NCBI GenBank assembly: GCA_951406725.2
Contig: OX597824.1
Location: 23,250,001 to 23,314,000, forward strand
Origin: Octopus vulgaris
Taxonomy: Eukaryota
Length of the DNA: 64,000 bases
Reading direction: 5' to 3'
Position 1 is the stretch's first letter. The number at the start of each line of letters is the position of its first letter. The notes beneath the pieces were generated by a model. It was not told the DNA's origin. It searched no databases and worked only from the letters and a program-made list of their open reading frames with translations. The position numbers were made by a program, and so were the translations under genes. Of this stretch, positions 25,600 to 37,665 are shown piece after piece.

Positions 25600-25902
25600 A
25601 TCATTGTTTGTTCCTTTTCGAACCCCGCCTGGATCATTAGGGCCGGTTTCCCGGTTTTCTTGGCGTATAGGTTCCCCACCTGGACGGGACGCCGGTCCGT
25701 CCCAGGTGAATTGCAAGATGCAGGAGGGAAGAGTGAAAGTTGTGGCGAAAGAGTCAGCAGAAGTTCGCCATTACCTTCTGCTGGAGCCGCGTGGAGCTTA
25801 GGTGTTTCGCTCATAAACACACACATCGCCCGGTTTGAGATTCGAACCCACGATCCCTCGACCGCGAGTCCGCTGCTCTTACCACTGGGCCATGTGCCTC
25901 CA
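25600..25902 (-). mobile_element. SINE related to family C with Meta-domain-like tail (duplicated at ~46710-47016 and ~56440-56745)
   Basis: Reverse complement: gtggaggcacatggcccagtggtaagagcagcggactcgcggtcga...ggttcgaatc...ggaccggcgtcccgtccagg...aaccgggaaaccggccc. Confidence 0.85.
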
Positions 25903-26029
25903 CGTCTGAATCGTTAAGGCATAATTATCCACAAAGTACAGAAGATCATTTAAAAAGTTGGAATTCATATATTTAAAAAAAAAATTATTACAAGATGCAT
26001 TTATTTTATAATAATTTTGATCTAAAGCC

Positions 26030-27000
26030 AATGTGGACATAGGCAAACCACATCAGGTCGTCTAGGTTCGTATCTAGATAGAGTATTCTATAGGTCAGTT
26101 GATAAGGATAGCATAGGTGATCCATATTTCAAAATGTTCAGCCACATGTAATCCAAATTTGTCATCTACACGGTCGACCTAGATAAGCGTCGTAGACTGG
26201 AAGCGGGTTACTGCAAGCTGAATGCTTCACTCCAGATGCACAAAGATTACACAGACCGGATTCGTGAATTAGTAAAGCTGCCACAAATCTAGTTTAGATT
26301 AGAATCGATTAGGTTTAGGAACCTAATGGCGATAGAGAAAATTGAACAGAGGGAGACTTAGAAACCTACAAGAGGCGCTTAGGAAAGGAATCGCATCAAT
26401 TCTTTAATGCAAAGCATGAAGTCTGCATTGTCAGAGCTAGATGCCTGCTGTGAGACGCGAGAGGAGAAAGCTACGAGATGGAACAAGTGATGGAGGTGCA
26501 ACGTGGCAACAAAACCACCGTTCGGTTTTTGGTGGACCATAATTGGTGCATGCTACTCGAGCGACTCTCAGCAAGGGAGACAAAATGTTGCAAGAAGCCG
26601 CGGAAATACGGGCAGCAATAATTAACTGCACGGGATATAAAGCGCCTGATTTTGATGGTTTACCCTACGAGCTTTACTTTTGCTTGTAAAACTTGCTCGG
26701 AAACCTCTTGGCATCAGGTAACAGAACGGGAAATTTTCTAGTTCTGTGGGCCGAAGAGCGGTAACGTTGCTGAGAAAGGGTTCAAACAGGATGAACCACA
26801 TAGATAATTTCTGGCCCATAACATTGCTAAATGCAGATGTCAAAGTTTCGGCCAGTGTTGGAAAATAGGTTGGTTGTCACTTGTCAATGGTTTCATTGGT
26901 GATGCGCAAATTTTCACCATCTATCTACGATATCCACCATCTCATTGTGATACATCATAGAGAGGTCGAATAAAGAGCGTAGCATAGGTGGGTCCTTGAT
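26030..27000 (+). mobile_element. Decayed Tx1/L1-clade LINE ORF2 relic (end of endonuclease to start of RT)
   Basis: Fragments YLDRVF, AGYCKLNASL, EVQRGNKTTVRFL, APDFDGLPYELY and DNFWPITLLNADVKV, with many stops and frameshifts. Duplicated at ~47610-49150 and partly at 56870-57043. Confidence 0.75.
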
Positions 27001-27361
27001 CATTGCAAACCCTTCAAGGCAGTGTCCCAGCATGGCTGCAGTCCAATGTCTGACGAAATAAAAGATAAAAAATAAGATAAAAGATAGTTAAACCAAGAAA
27101 AAGTTCAGGTAGCTGTCACACTCGAATAGTAGCACATATTCTTTCACTAATTCTTTTAGGTGTCAGTGTAAATGCGAAGAGATATGGGAATATTCTTGCT
27201 CCCTTCAAATTTTGACCCTTCGGAACCCCAAGAATGTAACAGGTGGTGTCAGATGTTTCTGTTCCAGCAAAAATATGGACTGAAATAGCGTGAAATGAAG
27301 CGCTCTGCTGAAGGGCGCAGCACTTCGTTCCGTTCAAGTATTGAACCACAACTTCCCATGT

Positions 27362-27443
27362 TGTTTTATTATTACCCACAAGGGGCGAACACAGATGGGA
27401 CAATACATTCTGATGATGGGGTCAGACAAACGAATGGGTTTTT
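27362..27443 (-). mobile_element. 82-bp retroposed 3' tail with 14-bp TSD
   Basis: TSD acaacttcccatgt at 27348-27361 and 27444-27457. The insert ends ...gttcgccccttgtgggtaataataaaaca, as does 44286-46217. Confidence 0.8.
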
Positions 27444-27589
27444 ACAACTTCCCATGTGGAATCCTAAGCACCAAACCACACATCCCCATATGCTTATCTT
27501 CTATATTTTCCTTGTTTCAGCATTTGGATTGCTGTTATGCTAGAGTACCAACCTTGAATAATTTAGTAGAATAGATTTACACACACACA

Positions 27590-27607
27590 CGTGTATTTAT
27601 ATATATC

Positions 27608-27689
<82 letters not shown>

Positions 27690-27840
27690 TATGTATATAT
27701 ATATATATTATATATATACATATATTACATATATATACATATATTATATATTATATACATATATATATTTTATATATACATATATTACATATATATACAT
27801 ATATTACATATATATACATATATTATATATATATATATAC

Positions 27841-27926
<86 letters not shown>

Positions 27927-27975
27927 TACATATATACATATATACATATATATATACATACATATATACATATAT
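27590..27975. repeat. Degenerate (TA)n/(TACA)n tract
   Basis: Directly visible. Confidence 0.9.
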
Positions 27976-28740
27976 GTTATAATGAAATTGCTTTCTTATA
28001 TCAGAGTAATAAGGCGTTTCAATAGAGCATCTTCACCCCCGGGAATTACCAGGTACACCAGTAGACGGGCTTCTAGTTTCCGTCTACAAAATTCATGGAC
28101 AAGGCTTTGATTGGCCCGAGGCTATAAGTAGAGGAGATTTGCCCAAGGCGCAACGTGGTGAGATTGAACCCAGAACCATGTGGTTGAGAAGCAAGCCTCT
28201 TTATTTTATGCAATTGGCCATCAAGGCCGTACATAGAGGGAGTAGCACAAGGTGGGGACAAAAAAAAAAACGAATTAATATAATGAAAGATGAAATGAAG
28301 CCGTTCGGCCACCTCCTTCGAGCGACTTCCTTGAACCTGTTAATACAACATTTATTAAAACACCGTGGAGGCGCAATGGCCCAGTGGTTAAGGCAGCAGA
28401 CTCGCGGTCATAGGATCGCGGTTTCGATTCCCAGACCGGGCGTTGTGAGTGTTTATTGAGCGAAAACACCTAAAGCTCCACGAGGCTCCGGCAGGGGATG
28501 GTGGTGATCCCTGTTGTCCTCTTTCACCACAACTTTCTCTCTCACTCTTTCTTTCTGTTTCTATTGTACCTGTATTTCAAAGGGCCGGCCTTGTCACTCT
28601 CTGTGTCCCGCTGAATATCCCCGAGAACTACGTTAAGGGTACACGTGCCTGTGGAGTGCTCAGCCACTTACACGTTAATTTCACGAGCAGGCTGTTCCGT
28701 TGATTCGGATCAACCGGAACCCTCATCGTCGTAACCGACG
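27976..28740. repeat. ~765-bp direct repeat, copy a (contains SINE A fragment and SINE C 28365-28740)
   Basis: Near-identical to 30046-30810. Confidence 0.92.
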
Positions 28741-28902
28741 CTATATACATATATACATATATATATATACATATACATATATACATATATCCATATATAT
28801 ATACATACATATATACATATACATACATATATATATTTACATACATACAGATATATATGTATATATACATATATATATATACATACATACAGACATACAT
28901 AC

Positions 28903-28984
<82 letters not shown>

Positions 28985-29835
28985 TCAATAGAACCTCGCA
29001 CCATTGTACGAATAATGTGCTGTCTCGAAGTACTAGTGGAAATGGGCAGTATGAGCTCGCAAACGCACTCCCAACAAGCGAAACACATTGTTAGCTTTCA
29101 CAGGCTGTTTTCCCCCGTTTGGAGGTGAAGCGTTTATATTTTGTGTAGGTTGTCCTACACAAAATGGATGACGATACATTTTACGAGCTCTGGGAGAGCG
29201 AGGATGAGGCGGACTACGCAAGTTATTCCGTAGAAAGCACGGATGATTATGCGGCCGCGGCACTAAGATGGATGGAATGTTACAACATCAAGCCTGAGGC
29301 AGTCAAGAAGTTCTGGTCATTTCTTCAAGGGGAGGAAGACAGCATGAGGCTAAGTCCCCCCAAGGAGGTGATGGAAGGAATTAAGAGAAGAACAAATGTT
29401 TATAGGACGCTATCTTTGAAGACTAGCAAAATAGAGAGAGCGTCAATGGAAAAGGCATTAAAGCCTAATATGTATAAATTGGCGTACGTTAAGGGCGGAA
29501 GAAGGTTTGGAACGGTGGAGGCGCAGTTTGTGACTGAGAGCGATGCCAAAATAGACTCGGCGACCACCCTGCAGACGAGTGGATTAGATCTTTTGCCATC
29601 ATAGCTCGGCAAAAGAACGACGGAAATAATGATAAACAGGTTCGACCCGGAAATCAAACCGATGTGGCTCCTGGCTGCGACCTTCGCCAACATAAAAGAA
29701 GAGGTGGCACTATTGGAGTTGGAAGAAAAATGTATCCAGAACTGGTGTGGCAGGGGCGTAAGAGCAACACTCCAGGCCACACCAGCAGATATTAAACAGC
29801 GCTTTCCTTACGGTAAAAAAATAGTTTTTCTGTAA
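28985..29835 (+). mobile_element. Tx1/L1-type ORF1-like relic (29164-29835, in-frame TAG at 29602-29604, 3'-truncated)
   Basis: NVYRTLS...LAYVKGGRRFGTVEAQF...LLPS*LGKR aligns by eye with ITYRT*D...ATFVDRGKKYGTLEVRC...MWPTYKGRR of the 44286-46217 element. ORFs 29164 and 29629 are in the same frame. Confidence 0.65.
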
Positions 29836-30045
29836 ATGACAGCAGTTATACACCTCTCAGATGCCTTCGCTAAGCAGAATAATGACTTTGCCTCTCATCA
29901 ACCCCCGACAACCTCTCTCACCGACCTCCGATAATCTTTCTCGCCGACCTCCGAAAATCTCTCTTGCCAACCTCCCAACAATCTCTCCCTCCTCCAGCTG
30001 ATAGTTTTTGTACTTTTTCATGGCGGAAAATACACCTTTTGTGGC

Positions 30046-30820
30046 AGTTATAATGAAATTGCTTTCTTATATCAGAGTAATAAGGCGTTTCAATAGAGCA
30101 TCTTCACCCCCGGGAATTACCAGGTACACCAGTAGACGGGCTTCTAGTTTCCGTCTACAAAATTCATGGACAAGGCTTTGATCGGCCCGAGGCTATAAGT
30201 AGAGGAGATTTGCCCAAGGCGCAACGTGGTGAGATTGAACCCAGAACCATGTGGTTGAGAAGCAAGCCTCTTTATTTTATGAAATTGGCCATCAAGGCCG
30301 TACATAGAGGGAATAGCACAAGGTGGGGACAAAAATAAACGAATTAATATAATGAAAGATGAAATGAAGCCGTTCGGCCACCTCCTTCGAGCGACTTCCT
30401 TGAACCTGTTAATACAACATTTATTAAAACACTGTGGAGACGCAATGGCCCAGTGGTTAAGGCAGCAGACTCGCGGTCATAGGATCGCGGTTTCGATTCC
30501 CAGACCTGGCGTTGTGAGTGTTTATTGAGCGAAAACACCTAAAGCTCCACGAGGCTCCGGCAGTGGATGGTGGTGATCCCTGCTGTACTCTTTCGCCACA
30601 ACTTTCTCTCTCACTCTTTCTTTCTGTTTCTATTGTACCTGTATTTCAAAGGGCCGGCCTTGTCACTCTCTGTGTCACGCTGAATATCCCCGAGAACTAC
30701 GTTATGGGTACACGTGTCTGTGGAGTGCTCAGCCACTTACACGTTAATTTCACGAGCAGGCTGTTCCGTTGATTCGGATCAACCGGAACCCTCATCGTCG
30801 TAACCGACGGAGTGCTTCCA
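30046..30820. repeat. ~765-bp direct repeat, copy b (with complete SINE C 30434-30820)
   Basis: Near-identical to 27976-28740; the SINE keeps its gagtgcttcca end here. Confidence 0.92.
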
Positions 30821-31254
30821 TCATGATTAGAATACAGGGATTTTAAACTTCTTCATTTACGGAATTTTATGTAGATATTTATACGATTTCTTCAAACTTT
30901 GTTCTAGATACACACGCACGCACGCAAACACACACATACAAACGCACTCACGCTCATGCATATATCTGATATAAATACATGCATACATACATACATGCAC
31001 GCGCGCGCAAACGTACGCTCGTGTATGGGATTTTCAAGGATTTTTTTTTTCAAGAATTCAATGCAAAATTTTCGTTCTTGTTTTCGTCTAAATTCCTGTG
31101 ATGGCACTTCGTATCTCTGTTAGAAACCAGTTCCTTCTTTGTCGGAAAGAATTTAAATAAAACGCGAAGATAAACATATGCACAAATACATGCATTTCCA
31201 TAGATGAATATACGTCCATATATGAATGTATATATCCAGGCAACCATCAACATA

Positions 31255-31267
31255 TACAAGCACAACA

Positions 31268-31321
<54 letters not shown>

Positions 31322-31503
31322 TTCTTTTGTCTATACCACGCTCTTAAATCCATCTGTTGGTTCTACTCTTATATATACACACAAACATATTACGTAAACA
31401 AACCATATAATCTATTTTACAAATACTTGCATAGTGACATACACATACACATTACATATATATATAAATACACACATTACATATATATACATATACATAC
31501 ATT

Positions 31504-31549
<46 letters not shown>

Positions 31550-31742
31550 GCACTTATTACGTAAACAAACCATTTAATCTACAAACATTTTTCGCAACAA
31601 ATCATTGCAGTACACACACGCACACACACATACACACACACACACACACACATGAACACACCTGAAGACAATGTCTCACACACACTCACATACATTCCGA
31701 CACCCTCGTGCACCTGTTCAGAGAGCTACATTATATAGTAGC

Positions 31743-31804
<62 letters not shown>

Positions 31805-31879
31805 ATACATGCATTTATATAAATATATAAATATATAAATATGTACATATATGTATGTATGCATATGTTTTATTTATTA

Positions 31880-31917
<38 letters not shown>
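31255..31917. repeat. (CA)n/(TA)n/(TATC)n compound microsatellites
   Basis: Directly visible. Confidence 0.85.
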
Positions 31918-31920
<3 letters not shown>

Positions 31921-32014
31921 ATCCAAACAAGAAAACACAAAAAAACACAACAACGCGAGGACGTGAGACAAATATAGTATTATTGGACGCTCAGGAAAGA
32001 AGGGAAGAAGGTGG

Positions 32015-32049
32015 GTTTAACGTTTCGAGCGGAGCTCTTCGTCGGAAAC
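32015..32049 (-). ncRNA. Minimal type-I hammerhead ribozyme-like motif in a ~200-bp insert (31918-32118) between (TA)n tracts
   Basis: Minus strand GUUU-CCGACGA-A-GAGC(UCC)GCUC-GAAA-CG-UU-AAAC: stem I GUUU/AAAC, core with U4C, stem II, palindromic AACGUU in place of stem III. Confidence 0.55.
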
Positions 32050-32140
32050 ATAGGAGAAGGAAAGATCCCGAGAAGGGAAGACAGAGGAAAAAAATCGCCA
32101 ACGGTACACACGAGGTCATATATATATATATATATATATA

Positions 32141-32783
32141 TAACAATTAAAAAAGAGGGTGTCTAATAGACACCAACATGCCGAAATAGCAGTCGAAATT
32201 CTGACTATAAAAACCACGTTAAGTGTTCATATCGTACCATGAGATAAGACAGAGGGACAAAATATACAAGCAAAAATTATTGAATAATTCAAGATCCAGG
32301 ATTTCTGGTTTTGCTTTAAATAAGCTTTACCGTCATCAATTGAATATATCAAGGGTACATAAATACTGATATATATATGCAGAACAAACGATATACTTAC
32401 ATATACGAACGTCCATACATAAATACATATGTACGTATGCACGCGGCCAGTTAAATTGCCCGCCAAAGCACCCCATAAGCACGATATGGTTAAAATAAAC
32501 ATCGCAGTGAATATAATAACGAATTATATAAATTTATATATGAGGATAATATCGATATTTAAGTATCAATATTATCAAGTGGCCAGCATGGGAAAAATAC
32601 CGTCCAAAGGTAATAATTTTTAACAATTAAAAATGAGGGTGTCTAATAGACACCAACATGCCGAAATAGCAGTCGAAATTCTGTCTTATTTCATGGTACG
32701 ATATGAACACTTAACGTGGTTTTTATAGTCAGAATTGATAATATTGATACTTAAATATCGATATTATCCTCATATATAAAATT
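32141..32783. mobile_element. Rearranged direct-plus-inverted repeat insert in (TA)n, Penelope pseudo-LTR-like
   Basis: 32141-32203 is repeated directly at 32621-32683. 32201-32252 is inverted at 32681-32732. ~32530-32578 is inverted at ~32735-32783. Confidence 0.55.
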
Positions 32784-32990
32784 ATATATATATATATATA
32801 AATTAGAGAAAAACCACTATTATGCAATTCAAACAATGATAGACATAAACCATAAACCATATATGTTTTATATATCTAGATATATCAAGCATATATCTAG
32901 ATCACACAAAGTACAAAATAATGAATAAACATTATATAATAAGTAAAAAGAAATAATAATATTATACTAAATAATAATAATATACTCCCC

Positions 32991-33039
<49 letters not shown>

Positions 33040-33354
33040 TGTATGTATGTATGTATGTATGTATGTATATGTATGTAGATATGTGTATGTATATATATAT
33101 ATATATATATAATATTTTTATATTCATTCCCTTTTCCTTTGAAATTGCGCATTTCGTGGTTTGGACTAACTGCCCTTTCTAGCATGTAAGGTGTCCAGTT
33201 AAAGGTCACCTGTTTCGTGTATAAATACATAAATTGTTTGTACACTATTATATATGAAAATACGTTGTCTATTGGCATTATTACGCATGCTACCCACTGG
33301 TATGAAAGTTTTTCTAAATTTTATACCCTTATTATTTTCACAGTATTTATATAT

Positions 33355-34003
33355 AGGCGTAGGAGTGGCTGTGTGATAAGTAGCTTGCTTACCAACCACA
33401 TGGTTCCGGGTTCAGTCCCACTGCGTGGCATCTTGGGCAACTGTCTTCTACTATAGCCTCGAGCCGACCAAAGCCTTGTGGGTGGACCATGTAGACGGAA
33501 ACTGAAAGAAGCCCGACGTATATATATGTATGTGCGCGTGTGTGTATGTTTGTGTGTCTGTGTCTGTCCCCCTAGCATTGCATGACGACCGATGATGGTG
33601 CGTTTATTTCCCCGTAACTTAGCGGTTCGGCAAAAGAGACCGTTAGAATAAGGACCGATAGAATAAGTAGTAGGCTAACAAAGAATAAGTCCCGTGGTCG
33701 ATTTGCTCGACTAAAGGCAGTGCTTCAGCATGGCCGCAGTCAAATGACTGAAACAAGTAAACGATTAAAGAGAGTTAAGAAATATATATATATATACATA
33801 TATGCGTGTGACTCTGTGTGTGCGTATTTTTGTGCGTTCCCCGTAACTTAGCGGTTCGGCAAAACAGACCGTTAGAATAAGGACCGATACTATAAGTAAT
33901 AGGCTCACAAAGAATAAGTCCCGTGGTCGATTTGCTCGACTAAAGGCAGTGCTTCAGCATGGCCGCAGTCAAATGACTGAAACAAGTAAAAGATTAAAGA
34001 GAG
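33355..34003 (+). mobile_element. SINE family A with tandemly duplicated 3' half
   Basis: Full copy 33355-33775; ~33610-33836 is repeated at ~33838-34075. Confidence 0.88.
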
Positions 34004-34237
34004 TATATATACATATATATATATATATATATACATATATGTGTGTGACTCTATGTGTGCGTATTTTTGTGCGTATGTAAATATATATACGTATGTTGTA
34101 CGTTACGAAACTATGCATTTATGTACGTATGTATACATTGTTAAGCTATGTATAAACACTACTTCTTTTCTTCAACGGTTTTCACAAAACGAAATATGGA
34201 ACATACATTAATACTTTGTGCATACGCATACACACAG

Positions 34238-34270
<33 letters not shown>

Positions 34271-34553
34271 TAACAGCAACAAGAAAATGAACGATGAAAA
34301 TAACAATACCGAGGACACGTGATGCATATTTTATGGTGCACAATATAATGCAAAAAAAAAAAGAAGCAACATGACGGAGACAGCTCTGTATATTATATTT
34401 GTGCAACATTACTCTGACAACAAATGTATTTGACAGTATAATACAATATAACTGCAACAGCCGTTGCAATTATTTATTGCATTTGGTTGTAATAACAATA
34501 ATAATAATAATAATGATGATAATGATGATGATTATGATGATGATGATAATCAT

Positions 34554-35071
34554 GATTGGAAGAGTTATCATCTTAACTGATTGGAAGTGTTATCATGTAC
34601 ATTGTTTTGTCTTGGTATAAAAGATGGGCTACAGCAAATATTCTGCTCAATACCACAGATTTGCTTGTCAGTTGTTTGACCTTAACCAGTTGAGCATGTC
34701 CCTTAGTGGCTGACGATATGTGCAGAAGTAGTGGGGGAGCATCATAGCCATGTGTTGAGAGGGATTCTTTGGGGTTTGAATAATTCACCTCTGGAAACAT
34801 GGGTGGTTCTTTCAACATCCTTAAACAACCCTTATTCAGGGACCTTTTGAGCGGGATGGGCTACTCAACCTGAAGAAAATTCTAACTGGGCCCCCACCTG
34901 CAAGGTCATGTGCTGTTTATCTTGATATGAGATCACCATGTCGCGCACATATGGTTGTGATGCATGTGCCTGGTGTACCTTTATCAGACGGGTAGTCATG
35001 ATGGGTATATTGGGCTTCGTATATTTTACCCCAGTGTCACTTTGATGACATGCACTGCTCTCTCACTCAAA

Positions 35072-35107
<36 letters not shown>
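34554..35107 (+). mobile_element. Non-coding element ending in an R4/Dong-like 3' UTR and (TAA)n
   Basis: 34870-34985 matches the reverse complement of 1-110, the UTR after the Dong-like ORF. It is flanked by (TAA/TGA)n on the left and (TAA)n on the right. Confidence 0.6.
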
Positions 35108-35212
35108 CCTTTCTACTATAGTCTCAATGCCTGGAATTTGCCGGGGGGAAAGTATAGTCGATTACATCGACTCCGAAAGGATGAAAGGCAAAGTCAACCT
35201 CGGCGGAATTCG

Positions 35213-35432
35213 TGTAGCTTCGTTGGATTGCCTCAAGTTCTGAGATTAATTTGACACTGGTTGGTGACCATAGCTGAGAGCAATTGTCAAAGTGGCTTAG
35301 GAAAAGTGTCCTCCAGAGAACCATCATGGTTTCCTGATTTCTTGTTCCAAAAGTTCTAAGAATCCATCCGGTCAGCCGCCTGCATTTCATTGCCAATTTA
35401 GCAACATGCACATGGAAGTATGTATCGTTACT
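35213..35432 (-). mobile_element. Internal fragment of the CR1/L2-group LINE family seen at 9017-10186
   Basis: MSNDTYFHVHVAKLAMKCRRLTGWILRTF...SHFDNCSQLWSP...ELEAIQRSYT is nearly the same peptide as in ORF 9046-10098. Confidence 0.88.
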
Positions 35433-35434
35433 CA

Positions 35435-35650
35435 TGTATGTATGTATGTATGTATGTATGTATGTATGTATGTATGTATGTATGTATGTATGTATGTATG
35501 TATGTATGTATGTATGTATGTATGTATGTATGTATGTATGTATGTATGTATGTATGTATGTATGTATGTATGTATGTATGTATGTATGTATGTATGTATG
35601 TATGTATGTATGTATGTATGTATGTATGTATGTATGTATGTATGTATGTA
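35435..35650. repeat. (TATG)n microsatellite
   Basis: Perfect array, directly visible. Confidence 0.97.
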
Positions 35651-35793
35651 TTTTTATGTGTTCAATTACAATAAAGAAGTTATATTAATCTGATAGCTAA
35701 CTCTACACATTTGCAGAGTAAAAATGTATTATTCTTATACAAGAATACTACTCAGAGTGCTATCGAAATTTCGTCCAGCTAAGCCATCATACG

Positions 35794-36750
35794 CTACTCT
35801 AAGCAGTAGCATATAAGATGGAGATTGTCGTGGATCAACCTGCCCGGGATAGGGCACTTTGCGCTTCCTCTACAAGTCTGTTCACGACACGCGCCAACCT
35901 TTTCGCTAGCACTTTGGCCAAAATCTTTAACTCTGTGTTCAACAGTGTTAGGAGTCTGAAAATTCCTATTTCGTCCCCCTTGCTCGGGTCCTTCCTGATC
36001 AACGCACCAGCCCTCCGCTCGCAGGCTTAGGAATTCTCCCATTCTGCTACCAATTGGTGTAGACGCTGGCCAGTAGGCGCCCGAACAAGACTGGCATACT
36101 GTTATAAAATTCATAGGGTAGACCATCGAGACCCGGCGACTTCTCCTCGGAGCATTCGCCTAGCATCTCGATCACCTCCTTGGCCGTGATTGGGCCTTCA
36201 CAGCACTCAGCTTCTCATGCCGATAGACGCGGGTCACCAGACAGGAAGCCTCTAAGGGCCTCACCATGATTGAGAGCCCCTCCCTCACACATCTCGTCCT
36301 CGACCGAGCTCCCATTGTCATCAATAAGAGACCTTATTGTGGCATCATTCCCACGCTGGATTTCTACCATATGGGCCCATCCGGCAACATTAATTAGCTC
36401 ACGGCCCAATGCGCGCGCTTTAGTCCGAACTCTGCAACCCTTATGTTTGGCTTTGAGATGACGGTCCAAGTCCGTTCTCGCTGCCAAAATGTGGGATGCA
36501 GAGCCCAACCTAAACGCCTTCTCTAGGTCCTTAACTAGTTACCCTTCTATTCTAGCCTTATCTAGTCTTAGTTAGTAGCTAAACCTAACAGACTCGAAAC
36601 GAATGGCTCTCTTGAGGGCGAACCACCACTTGTTATTAACTACAGCGCCGGTTAACGCCCTCTGTACTAGTTCCTCAATCCGGCTACAATATCTCTCGCA
36701 AGTCAAAATAGGTTTGTTTAGCTTCCCGTGCCTCAGGTTTCAAGGGGTGG
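35794..36750 (-). mobile_element. Decayed Tx1/L1-clade LINE ORF2 fragment
   Basis: HLKAKHKGCRVR...EIQRGNDATIRSL, EGPITAKEV, KSPGLDGLPYEFY and FRLLTLLNTELKILAKVLAKRL motifs across frameshifts. Related to the 26030-27000 relic. Confidence 0.8.
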
Positions 36751-37159
36751 GAAATTTTGTTTTTGCAGGGGCTTGTGTGCGCAGGGGTTGGATCTTTCCG
36801 TTGTTTCGTGGGAGTGGGTGGGAGTGTTTGTCTTTGCGGGGACTGTTCTGTGTGCGTGCTTGTGTGTTGTCTGGGGGAGTTGTTTAGCTTCCAGTACGAT
36901 CGGAAGCAAGCTTCTTACCACACACTTTTGTACTATACATATATCTATCAGTGGCTGATATATACTTAGATACATATATATGTTTGTACACACATATACA
37001 TATGTATAGTGTGGACCTAAAGTCAAGCACCAATAAGTTCAATACGCTCCAGAATTGTAAAAGTCGTGTTTCAATATTCGTAAAATTGAATAAAATAAAT
37101 AAAATAAGATGAATGCTCACATACTTGTACATGATGAGCAAAATGAATAATAGTAATAA

Positions 37160-37665
37160 TAGCCATGAAATTTTGGGGGAGGTGTTCGTCGATTACATCA
37201 CCCCCACCCCCACAGTGTTTTACTGGTACTTAATTTATCGACCCCGAAAGAATGGGAGGAAAAGTCGATCTTGGGGCCTAAACACAGAGAAGACAAACAA
37301 GGACAGACAAACGGATTAAGCTGATTATATCGACCCCAGTCCGTAACTAGTACTTATTTAATCGACCCCGAAAGGATGAAAGGCAAAGTCGACCTCGGCG
37401 GAATTTGAACTCGGAACGTAACGGCAGACGAAATACCTATTTCTTTACTACCCACAAGGGACTGAACACAAAGGGGACAAACAAGGACAGACAAACGGAT
37501 TAAGCCGATTATATCGACCCCAGTACGTAACTGGTACTTATTTAATCGACCCCGAATGGATGAAAGGCAAAGTGTACCTCGGCGGAATTTGAACTCAGAA
37601 CGTAGCGGCACACGAAATACCGCTCAGTATTTCGCCCGGCGTGTTAACGATTCTGCCAGCTCTAT
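37160..37665 (-). mobile_element. SINE family B dimer plus adjacent older B fragment
   Basis: Junction aaagaaata|ggtatttcg on the minus strand at 37437/37438. Confidence 0.85.

Larger units (their letters stand above)
17839..27176. repeat. Segmental duplication unit 1 (SINE-rich 3' flank, tubulin, upstream region with Tx1/L1 relic)
   Basis: 17839-26215 is colinear with 49814-57043. ~20240-27176 is colinear with ~40610-49344 apart from the indels listed. Confidence 0.92.

Noticed and set aside
27976-30820. Interpretation as an LTR retrotransposon
   Set aside because: The repeats lack TG...CA ends, PBS/PPT and TSD, and consist of SINE pieces plus host DNA.
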